Assembly: GCA_003597995.1 (NCBI GenBank)
Contig: QZJY01000070.1
Coordinates: 2,081 to 66,080 of the forward strand
Source: Dehalococcoidia bacterium
GTDB lineage: Bacteria; Chloroflexota; Dehalococcoidia; Dehalococcoidales; UBA1222
Length of the DNA: 64,000 bases
Reading direction: 5' to 3'
Positions 1-7,252 of this stretch are shown here, piece by piece. The notes under the pieces were generated by a model. It was given only the letters and a program-made list of their open reading frames with translations. It made no database searches and was not told where the DNA came from. How positions within the stretch are numbered: the first letter of the stretch is position 1; each line of letters begins with the position of its first letter. The translations under genes and the position numbers were made by a program.

Positions 1-23
1 TTGAGTGCTTCATCTCGATTCAT
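1..23 (-). CDS. 5' end of a CDS running off the left edge (unknown product)
   Basis: ATG at 23..21 (reads MNRDEAL...), preceded by AAGGAG about 6 nt upstream on the minus strand. Confidence 0.3.
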
Positions 24-74
24 ATTTTCTCCTTTCCTTTTTTGTTGCGAAGGTACTTACTGATTTGATGAGGT

Positions 75-875
75 TTAGCTTTTGACCACCTCCTTCTTTA
101 AGGATTCTTTGCTTGACAGGTCCTGGAAAAGGCAGGATAGCTCCTCGTTCCAGTAGGCTGGCGGCTTGTTCCTGAAGGTCACGAAGCGGAAGTCACTCAT
201 GTCGAGGGCAATGGTGGTGCTCTTGGCCAGCTTCTTGAGTCTCTCGGAGCATTCTTTCCAGGGTCTGCCGCCTCTTAGTTCCTGGAAGAAGTCAAAGGCC
301 CGCATGGAGAAGTCGGCTATTTCCTCCCGCTCGAACAGCTGATGGGCATAGGTGGGCTGCTTCCAGTGTATCTGGTCCACCTCGTGCACAATCCCGATAT
401 CGAGTTTCCTCGAATGGTGAGAGATGAATACTATGGTCTGGTGGCGCTGGCGGGATATGGCGATGAGGTTATCCAGTTCAATGGCGCCGGAGGACTGAGT
501 TCGGCGGGCATGGGCCGATTGGGCCGCTTCATCGTAGATTATCACGCCTCCCTTGGGCCACTGTTCGCGCCGTTCGACTATCTTCATCCATCCCGGCATC
601 AGGGCCTGCAGCTTTTTACGTGCTTTCTCCGGTACGTTGGGCAGATGAAGCACCGCCGGGGCCTTGTGCGTTTTGTGCAATGTCTCAGCGATAGCGTGGG
701 CTTCCACGCTCTTGCCCATACCCCTTTCGCCCATCAGCAGGATGACGCCGGGATAGGGCACGAACTTCAGCATGGTGGTCTCCACCGGTGCGTTGAGCAA
801 CACACGGGCGTACTTATCCTCATGCTGCTTGCGCCACTGCTTGAGCTTGTCTTGCCAGCTTTTGGTCATTGACAC
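75..875 (-). CDS. P-loop NTPase (Zot/AAA-like), element-encoded
   Basis: Walker A GERGMGKS and Walker B VIIYDEA. Same strand as the other element genes. Confidence 0.6.
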   Translation of the reverse strand: MSMTKSWQDKLKQWRKQHEDKYARVLLNAPVETTMLKFVPYPGVILLMGERGMGKSVEAHAIAETLHKTHKAPAVLHLPNVPEKARKKLQALMPGWMKIVERREQWPKGGVIIYDEAAQSAHARRTQSSGAIELDNLIAISRQRHQTIVFISHHSRKLDIGIVHEVDQIHWKQPTYAHQLFEREEIADFSMRAFDFFQELRGGRPWKECSERLKKLAKSTTIALDMSDFRFVTFRNKPPAYWNEELSCLFQDLSSKESLKKEVVKS

Positions 876-979
876 CTCCTTTAATCAGATTTAACCAATA
901 GGGGCCAGCGGGAAACCCGATGGCCCCTACCAAGGCTATTCCGACGAGCAGAGAAAATCGTTCAGGGCTATAAGTGTCT

Positions 980-2170
980 TTAGACTGCGACTGTTGTTTC
1001 AGCCCCCTGGTGGGTCTCGGCGGTTATCCTTTCCGCTTCGGCCACAGCAGCCGCGGTATCGTTGGACTGAGAGGGAGTGGACGACGTTTCCGGCGTCTTC
1101 TCCGCCCATTCCGCCACAAACATCGGCATGACGACATGCGCCTCCCCCTTTGACTTGAAGACAAGAGGTTTGTTTCCTTCCTTCCAGCGCAAGACCACCC
1201 GGCCGTCCGGCAACTGGTTCATGATGTCGGCCAGATATTTCGGATTGACCGCCACCTTTACCTTACCCTTCACCGGTATTTCCGCCCTGGTCCAGCAATC
1301 ATCATCCACGGTATACAGGGTGAGCTTTGCGCCCCTACTGAACAGGCGGATAGGATGATTATCGGGGTTACAAACCTGAATTAACCTCAGGGCTGATTTC
1401 ATATCTGCATTATCAAAACTGACTACCCTGCCATTTGTAGGAATGAGCTTTTCCCAATCTGGGTAGTTTCCCTGGACGGCCCTTGTTATTAAGAGACGCT
1501 CGGCGTCCTCAAACTGGACTAGCGTGTTGGCGTTACCGCCAGTTTTCACAATGCGTGCGTTAACCTTAACCTTGCCGGGGAAGATATCCCGGATAATCTG
1601 GCAGGCCCGGTTCTGGATTATGGCTTCCGGCAGTTTGCCGCTAGCTTTAAGCGTGGCCTGAGCCAGACGGAAGCCGTCGGCGGCCACCAGGCGGTTGCCG
1701 TCCATGTAAACCCCGGCTAGAACCGGCCTGTAATCCTCCTTAGTAGCGGCATAAGCCACATGGCCCAGAGCGGGTGAAAGACCGGCCACCGTAGCCGCCC
1801 GGCTCATTATCCGCCTAGGCAAGGGCGGATAGTCCCTGACGTTCCAGGCCTGAAGATCGGTCGACACTTTTCCGGCCTCTACCTTTACCTGCTTGGCCAC
1901 CAGACTGATAACGACGCTTTCGATAGCCAGGGCCTTCAGGAAGGCCACCAGCTTTTTCGTCTGGCATAGCGCCTCGCCTGGCCTTATGATTTTAGCCTTC
2001 ACCCGCCGCACCAGCGCGGTGTCCAGGTCAGTGCCGGCCACCATTAGGTATCCCTCTTTGGCCTGAAAAAGGGTGCAAGACCAAATAGGCAAGGTCGGTC
2101 TACTCGGGACGACCTTGTTTATGTCCCCCAGGAGACCCAGCAGCTTGAGACGGTTTACTGTTAGTTTCAT
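980..2170 (-). CDS. dnaN: DNA polymerase III beta sliding-clamp homolog, element-encoded
   Basis: N-terminus MKLTVNRLKLL...RPTLPIWSCTLFQAKEGYLMVAGTDLDTAL follows the DnaN pattern (RPTLPIL..L.....L.L.GTDLE). Clamp-like length, plus an acidic/Thr-rich C-terminal tail. Confidence 0.75.
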   Translation of the reverse strand: MKLTVNRLKLLGLLGDINKVVPSRPTLPIWSCTLFQAKEGYLMVAGTDLDTALVRRVKAKIIRPGEALCQTKKLVAFLKALAIESVVISLVAKQVKVEAGKVSTDLQAWNVRDYPPLPRRIMSRAATVAGLSPALGHVAYAATKEDYRPVLAGVYMDGNRLVAADGFRLAQATLKASGKLPEAIIQNRACQIIRDIFPGKVKVNARIVKTGGNANTLVQFEDAERLLITRAVQGNYPDWEKLIPTNGRVVSFDNADMKSALRLIQVCNPDNHPIRLFSRGAKLTLYTVDDDCWTRAEIPVKGKVKVAVNPKYLADIMNQLPDGRVVLRWKEGNKPLVFKSKGEAHVVMPMFVAEWAEKTPETSSTPSQSNDTAAAVAEAERITAETHQGAETTVAV

Positions 2171-2226
2171 GCTTTCCTCTCCTTCGATTTTTGATTGGGG
2201 TATTAATCACCCCCTCTAAACAAAAT

Positions 2227-2256
2227 GAGGCCTGCGAGTTTTTTTTCGCAGGCCTC
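2227..2256 (-). terminator. Rho-independent terminator hairpin
   Basis: GAGGCCTGCGA / TCGCAGGCCTC perfect 11-bp stem. On the minus strand it is followed by ATTTTGTTT. Lies just downstream of the 2269..2460 ORF. Confidence 0.7.
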
Positions 2257-2268
2257 TATTCGTCTAAC

Positions 2269-2460
2269 CTATCCGGCGATCTTGACGGCGCAGACGATCT
2301 GATACTTCTGGCCGGTCTCGTCCCGGGCCTGGCCGAAGATGGAGGCCTTGCCGGTGCTAGTCTGTTTCTCCCATGCGTTCAGGATGATGAGCTGCTTGAC
2401 CGGTGAGCGAGGGCAGGGAGCCTTGACCTTGTTTTCCTTTTTGTTCGTAATAACTGCCAT
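2269..2460 (-). CDS. Small hypothetical protein (63 aa)
   Basis: ORF with a GGGGGA RBS-like tract upstream of the ATG and a terminator after the stop. Confidence 0.5.
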   Translation of the reverse strand: MAVITNKKENKVKAPCPRSPVKQLIILNAWEKQTSTGKASIFGQARDETGQKYQIVCAVKIAG

Positions 2461-2473
2461 GTAATCCCCCTTC

Positions 2474-2800
2474 TTATGCGCCTACTGTCCGCAGGACGCA
2501 CTTTTTGAACTCCTTGATCTGGTCACGGCTGAAGCCGTCGCAATAGGTGTCCAGATTGATGGTTTTAGCTTTGGGTAGCTTGGTGGGGTCACGCTTGAGC
2601 TGGATAGGGTGAAGGCGGCTGTCGAACGGAGACTTGACCAAGCCGACCACGAAGCCCTTATAGGTCAGGAATTTCGAAGGCTCGGTCTTAGCTTTGCTCC
2701 TATCGGATTGAATTTTCTCGAAGCAAACCTTGCAATAATTGCCGTTGCCGTTGATGGGCCGTACATCGCAGATAGGACATTTAACCTTCGGTTTGGTCAT
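2474..2800 (-). CDS. Zinc-ribbon protein (108 aa)
   Basis: N-terminal CPICD...CKVC motif. AAGGGGGTGA RBS lies before the ATG. Confidence 0.6.
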   Translation of the reverse strand: MTKPKVKCPICDVRPINGNGNYCKVCFEKIQSDRSKAKTEPSKFLTYKGFVVGLVKSPFDSRLHPIQLKRDPTKLPKAKTINLDTYCDGFSRDQIKEFKKCVLRTVGA

Positions 2801-2959
2801 AGGTCACCCCCTTATTTACTTTTTGACATCATCCCCGCCCTCAAACCGGGGAGGCTTGAGGGCAGTCATCATGCCAAAAGGCACGAATTTACCCCTGGTC
2901 ATGACAGGGGCACTGTGCCATGCCTAAACAAAATTGGAGGTTTAGAATACGATTACCCG

Positions 2960-3600
2960 ATGCGTGTTTAACGCTCGAATACTCGCATAGTCGGTTAAGG
3001 GCAAAAGGCTTGCTTACTGCCTCGACCAGCAACGCCGGACGTAACCCGAACTAAGCCCGCAGAGCCTCTAGCGAGGGTGCAGGTAGATTACACCTGGCGC
3101 AAACGCTGGCTGTCCCTCGTACTCTTGAGAGTGGGGTAAGCCACCACAGCCGTGCTATGCGCTACGGTAAAAGAACCGACCCACCAACTAAGGCATGGTG
3201 GCACAGTTATCCCCGTCCCCGGTCTTTTACCACCACCGGCAGTGGTCCCTGGGTATTAGTCCCCCAGGGCCTGGACCGCAGATTTAGGGCTGCGGTTCCC
3301 ACCGCATTCATGCCTTATGGCAACCATCAGCGGTGATAGGCTACGGGCTTGAGCGCCTTATCCCCATGCCGCCGTTGTCCGTGAACACCTTGAGCCGTAG
3401 TTCAGCCGGTAGCGCGGGTTCGGTCTAGCGGTGTGTTAAAGCCTTAGCGTGAAGGCATGCGTGCCCCGTCCTGAGACCAGCCCGGGAGGGCGCATGCTCG
3501 TTTTCGGCCTTAACCTTAAGGCTAGGGTGAGCGCGGTATCTCTTAAATGGGGAGCAGGCTCCCCAGATTGAGAACGTGGGAGAATAGAGGCCATTGCCGA
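2960..3600. ncRNA. Candidate large structured non-coding RNA (strand unresolved; flanking genes are all minus)
   Basis: No ORF of 60 aa or more in any frame across 2972-3779, despite GC-rich sequence. Many stems are visible: 3247-3269 (CCCTGGG/CCCAGGG), 3274-3297 (ACCGCAG/CTGCGGT), 3300-3336 (CACCGC/GCGGTG), 3140-3202 (GCCACC/GGTGGC), 3441-3456, 3456-3498 (GCATGCGTGCCC/GGGCGCATGC), 3550-3565, 3580-3612. Confidence 0.45.
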
Positions 3601-3655
3601 CTTGCTATTCTCTTATTTGAATTAAGAGCGAAGCTAGCTTGTAGCTTCAACCCTT

Positions 3656-3695
3656 ACACTATGGCTATTCCGAATGCTTTGGAATTTCGTTCTAG
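3656..3695. repeat. 40-nt direct repeat, copy 1 (ACAYTATGGCTATTCCGA...TTTCGTTCTAG)
   Basis: Shares an 18/19 nt 5' block and an identical 11-nt 3' block with copy 2 at 3744-3783, 88 nt away. Confidence 0.8.
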
Positions 3696-3705
3696 ATAGG
3701 AAAAA

Positions 3706-3737
3706 GAATAATGGCTAGCTTTAAAGCTAGCCATTAT
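3706..3737. repeat. Perfect 32-nt palindrome AATAATGGCTAGCTTT|AAAGCTAGCCATTATT
   Basis: Read directly. Sits between the two direct repeats and contains the same ATGGCTA core in both orientations. Confidence 0.9.
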
Positions 3738-3743
3738 TCAATT

Positions 3744-3783
3744 ACATTATGGCTATTCCGATTGGATTTAACTTTCGTTCTAG
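3744..3783. repeat. 40-nt direct repeat, copy 2 (overlaps the stop codon of the 3780..4424 gene)
   Basis: See copy 1. Confidence 0.8.
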
Positions 3784-4424
3784 CAGCTTTGCGCTAAAGC
3801 TAAAATAGATTTAGCTTTCGGTGTTCTAGTGAAATTGTAGATTGCCTTGCGCTCAATGTTAGTCAGCGCCTTGCCAGATAGTCTTTTAGCCACGAGTGGC
3901 TTAATATTATCTGGCAGCTTCTGCCAGATATTCGAGGCGTCAATATTTGAGCATTCACGGGCCTCAAACTCGCAATCCCCGACCAGCAATTCTGAAGCTC
4001 GAATTTCGTTGCCATCATCATCTTGAATGGAGATGTCATAGCTTTGAAGTGTTGTCTTGTGTTCTCTATACCATGAGTCAAGCCAGTTTTTCCAATCGCA
4101 ACGAGCTATCGAATAGGCATTGATTTCAGATTGGGGATTAGCCTCATAACATCTGGTGACCAATTCCTGGAATAAATCCTCGCGTTCTGCTTTCGGGCAC
4201 TTGCTGGAGAATACATAGGCCGCCGTTAAAGCCATTTTTGAGGACTTGTCCAGCTTTTTGAGTATTGAGATATAGGCCTCGATTTTACTGGTAAAATCTT
4301 GTCCTTCAATGGGCATGTTTTTAACCAGCATTTTGGCTATATCCCTTAAAGTTACCTTGACCATTTTTGAATTTAACATTTTTTCGCTCCATTTTTTATT
4401 TTGATTTAGAAATGTTAAATCCAA
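3780..4424 (-). CDS. Putative sigma-70/ECF-like factor or other HTH protein, element-encoded
   Basis: EDLFQELVTRCYE and AYSIARCDWKNWL resemble sigma region 2. The C-terminal LSGKALTNIERKAIYNF resembles a region-4 HTH. The gene is AT-rich. Confidence 0.4.
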   Translation of the reverse strand: MDLTFLNQNKKWSEKMLNSKMVKVTLRDIAKMLVKNMPIEGQDFTSKIEAYISILKKLDKSSKMALTAAYVFSSKCPKAEREDLFQELVTRCYEANPQSEINAYSIARCDWKNWLDSWYREHKTTLQSYDISIQDDDGNEIRASELLVGDCEFEARECSNIDASNIWQKLPDNIKPLVAKRLSGKALTNIERKAIYNFTRTPKAKSILALAQSC

Positions 4425-4817
4425 TAGGAAATAGCTTCGATATTCAGTTTTTAAGGTGCAACAATCTACCTATAGCATGTAACAAAAGGAGCGATTGTAC
4501 ATGATCAGAATGAACCTACATTTACGTGGTCGGCAGTTCCTAGCTTTGGGAAGATAAGAAAATGCCTTGAGGCTAAAAGGGGCTAAATCACACAAAGCGT
4601 AGTGCCATTACAGAGGTCTAATGGCCGAGGTACAACTACAGCGCTTGCCAGGGGCAGAGTGACTGCACTTTACGTTTAATGGCCGATGGAATTGTGCAAT
4701 GGTAAGAGGGGAGAGTGATTACCTTGTCTCAGTGTCTTCGAAAGCTCGTACAGGCGCCATGAAGTCTCAGAAAGGGGCTGAAGGCACGGTTAGGGGGTTG
4801 GGGGGTTGCAGGTTAAA

Positions 4818-5321
4818 TTATAGACTTCGTTGGGGATTAGCCCAGGAGAAGCCCGGGGCGGCTATGCCTGCGGCAGTCAGCCTAAAATACTTTCGGGGCT
4901 GGCCTGAGGGATAGTTATCCTGGAAGGCAGACGGCTCTTCACGCCCTGTGGCCTCTACCCAACCCAATCTTTGCAGCATGGAGAAGTAGACCACAAAGGA
5001 ATGATAGCGGCAGCCGTGGGACTTGTAAGGCATGCGGTGAGCATAGCGGTCCGCGAGCGTCTGTATGTTTTCGGGATTAATAGGCCGCTTTTCTTTCTTG
5101 GCCTGCTTTTCTTCATTCCTGATGGCTCTATCCATAGCCGTTTCTCTGATGAGCGCCATCTTGTAGTCATAGAAAATATCCGCTTGGCAGGCTCCGGTGG
5201 ACGAGTCTATCGCCTTTGAGGCGTAAGGGCCGTTTCCCGCCAGGTACTCCCTGATAAACCAGGCGCAACCGAAAGGCCGGAGGAAACCACCACGTCTAGG
5301 CCTTATGAGCTCCCGTGTCAT
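4818..5321 (-). CDS. Hypothetical protein (167 aa), possible winged-helix C-terminus
   Basis: ORF overlaps the end of the upstream tyrosine recombinase gene by 26 nt, which suggests an operon. No motif recognised. Confidence 0.45.
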   Translation of the reverse strand: MTRELIRPRRGGFLRPFGCAWFIREYLAGNGPYASKAIDSSTGACQADIFYDYKMALIRETAMDRAIRNEEKQAKKEKRPINPENIQTLADRYAHRMPYKSHGCRYHSFVVYFSMLQRLGWVEATGREEPSAFQDNYPSGQPRKYFRLTAAGIAAPGFSWANPQRSL

Positions 5322-6009
5322 GTTCCTCCCATAACCCGTCGTACCAGCGTTTGAGTTCTTCCCCTGCGACCTTGCGGTAGCGGGCGGTAGTGTTGAAGCT
5401 CTGGTGACCTAAATGCTCTTGGAGCATCCTGAGCCCATCTCCCGAGTCGTCGTGCTTTACGGCATTTACGGCAAAGGCATCTCTCAATTTGTGAGGGCTG
5501 ACATGGTGCATCTTCCCGGTGGTGGGATTTAAGAGCTGAGGAAAACCCGCTCTTTCGGCGCATTCTTTAACGATCTGCCAGGCCCGGCCTCGGTTAATAC
5601 CAAAAAGGAGTTCCTTATCGTTCTTAATTACCAAACCGCCCTTTTTTACATACTTTTTAAAAAGATTGAGTGTCTCACCATCAAGAGGAACCACCCGGTA
5701 CCGCTTTTCTTCCTGCTTTACCTTCTCCGCCTCTGTAACCATCTTTCCACACTTAGGGCAGTATTGATGCGCTCTCCCCAATCTGGTCTTACAAGAAGGA
5801 CAGAAGAGGCGGCTTCGGCACTTTAAGTGCCTGATGGTCACCGTGCCTGATGTAAAGTCGATATCCTTTATCTCAATGGATAAGGCTTCGCTTACCCGGC
5901 AACCCAGATGGAATAAGAGGCGGATAAGGAGTTTATCCCTGGTGTTGCCCGCTGCTTCTGTAAGCTTCGTCACGTCTGCTATTTCAAGGTAGGCTTTCAT
6001 GCTCATCAT
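5296..6009 (-). CDS. Compact tyrosine recombinase with an inserted zinc ribbon
   Basis: Catalytic-domain motifs LGCRVSEAL (R), HKLRDAF (H..R) and LGHQSFNTTARY (H..Y). A CPSC...CPKC insert is present. Only 237 aa, with no obvious N-terminal core-binding domain. Confidence 0.75.
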   Translation of the reverse strand: MMSMKAYLEIADVTKLTEAAGNTRDKLLIRLLFHLGCRVSEALSIEIKDIDFTSGTVTIRHLKCRSRLFCPSCKTRLGRAHQYCPKCGKMVTEAEKVKQEEKRYRVVPLDGETLNLFKKYVKKGGLVIKNDKELLFGINRGRAWQIVKECAERAGFPQLLNPTTGKMHHVSPHKLRDAFAVNAVKHDDSGDGLRMLQEHLGHQSFNTTARYRKVAGEELKRWYDGLWEEHDTGAHKA

Positions 6010-6220
6010 CTCTGCGACTTGTTTTACCGGTTTTATCTTTAAGCCGCTTATTATCTCTCAGGTAGGCCTCGGCGATGATACCGGCAAGTATCTTTAAGCC
6101 CGCATTGAACTCCTCGCTCTCAGGCCCTCTATTCTCTTCTCTCGCCTTGCTATCCTGCACGCTATCAGGTTAACACGCTCCCGCCAAGATTGCACAACAA
6201 TAAATATTGTATATTACCTA

Positions 6221-6249
6221 TTGACAAAAGCATTAAATAGCAATATAAT
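6221..6249 (+). promoter_or_regulatory. Consensus sigma-70 promoter, TTGACA-17 nt-TATAAT
   Basis: TTGACA at 6221-6226 and TATAAT at 6244-6249, about 50 nt upstream of the 6302 ATG. Confidence 0.7.
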
Positions 6250-6301
6250 GCATATAAACAAGCCAGCATAAATCTGAAATGGCAAGAGAAAGAGGAATTT
6301 T

Positions 6302-7204
6302 ATGCCTCGTAAATACAGTGCCGATGACCGGGCGAAATGGCTCAGCCTTTCCGAGAAAGGTAAATCCGAGTCTTATATTGCTAACTACTACAAAAAGGAC
6401 CTCCGTACCATAAAATCGGGAATAATCCAAGCAAGACGCGAGCAAGAATCTAGGGAAGCCCGCATCGGTCTTATCCGGGATGCTCTCAAGAAGCACCAGG
6501 AAAGACTATTGGAATATCTCAATATACTTGAACGCTCCTTTGAGCTCCCGTCCGTTGAATTGGAGCCCCTCTCCTGGTACCCTCAAGAAGAGAACTCTGT
6601 TTTCTTAGAGAAGAAAGAGGCCAGAGAACGCTTTAAGAAGGGAAGGCCTACGGAGGACGAAGGTAAACCCTCTATGCTTAGGCAGCACCTCAGGAATAAT
6701 CGCCTCTGGCGAGCCATTGCCCTATGGAATGAATCTTACACCGAGCATATGCTTACCCGCCTGGAGCTTCAGTATAAGACCATCTCCCTCATTAGGGAGA
6801 AGACGGGTCTGCCCGTGCTGGCGGATTCTCAAGCCAAAGAGCCGCCTTTTGTCTACAGCTATAATGCCTGTCATGTTTTATACAAGTATGCCCTAAGCTT
6901 TGCTATCTCCGGAAAAAGTGACGCGGAGCTATGCGAGAGGATCCATGCCGATAATAGCCGCCACTGGGTGGTGTTGGATGTGGGGACCATCATGGCTGAA
7001 CTTCAAGGTAATGAGGATAAGTACCGTTCTCTTATTCTTCAAGCTTATCAAGAGCTCAAGAAGGCGCCAGAGCTGGAAGCGGTAATTACAGCCTATAGAA
7101 CGCTTGAGAAACTTGCTCCACCCCTAAAAGATGTAATTTCTGATTATCTGGCGCTTGGCTTATTACCGGGAACTTGCTCCGTCTGTGAACGCATCGGAAC
7201 CTAG
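6302..7204 (+). CDS. Hypothetical protein with N-terminal HTH-like segment (300 aa)
   Basis: N-terminus RAKWLSLSEKGKSESYIANYY...RTIKSGI is HTH-like. Lies immediately upstream of the serine recombinase. Confidence 0.5.
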   Translation: MPRKYSADDRAKWLSLSEKGKSESYIANYYKKDLRTIKSGIIQARREQESREARIGLIRDALKKHQERLLEYLNILERSFELPSVELEPLSWYPQEENSVFLEKKEARERFKKGRPTEDEGKPSMLRQHLRNNRLWRAIALWNESYTEHMLTRLELQYKTISLIREKTGLPVLADSQAKEPPFVYSYNACHVLYKYALSFAISGKSDAELCERIHADNSRHWVVLDVGTIMAELQGNEDKYRSLILQAYQELKKAPELEAVITAYRTLEKLAPPLKDVISDYLALGLLPGTCSVCERIGT

Positions 7205-7252
7205 TGAACCAGGGGATAGGGAATGCAGGGTAAGTGAACGAGGAGGAATGAA

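Noticed and set aside
3392-3423. GAGCCGTAG...CGGGTTC resembles group II intron domain V. The stretch TAGTTCAGCCGGTAG resembles a tRNA D-arm.
   Set aside because: The putative domain V helix needs a bulge and mismatches, has no GNRA tetraloop, and I found no GUGYG 5' end. No acceptor or T-arm completes a tRNA. It is kept only as a hypothesis to test with covariance models.
2960-3600. Possibility that the ORF-free region is RNase P RNA, tmRNA or SRP RNA.
   Set aside because: I could not find the universally conserved RNase P GAGGAAAGUCC or ACAGNRA elements, a tRNA-like acceptor end plus tag ORF, or the SRP domain IV motif.
4484-4545. 14-codon mini-ORF (MIRMNLHLRGRQFL) with an AAGGAG RBS in the non-coding region upstream of the sigma-like gene; possible leader peptide or type I toxin.
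   Set aside because: It is too short and unremarkable to support. It is not hydrophobic like type I toxins, and there is no attenuator structure evident.
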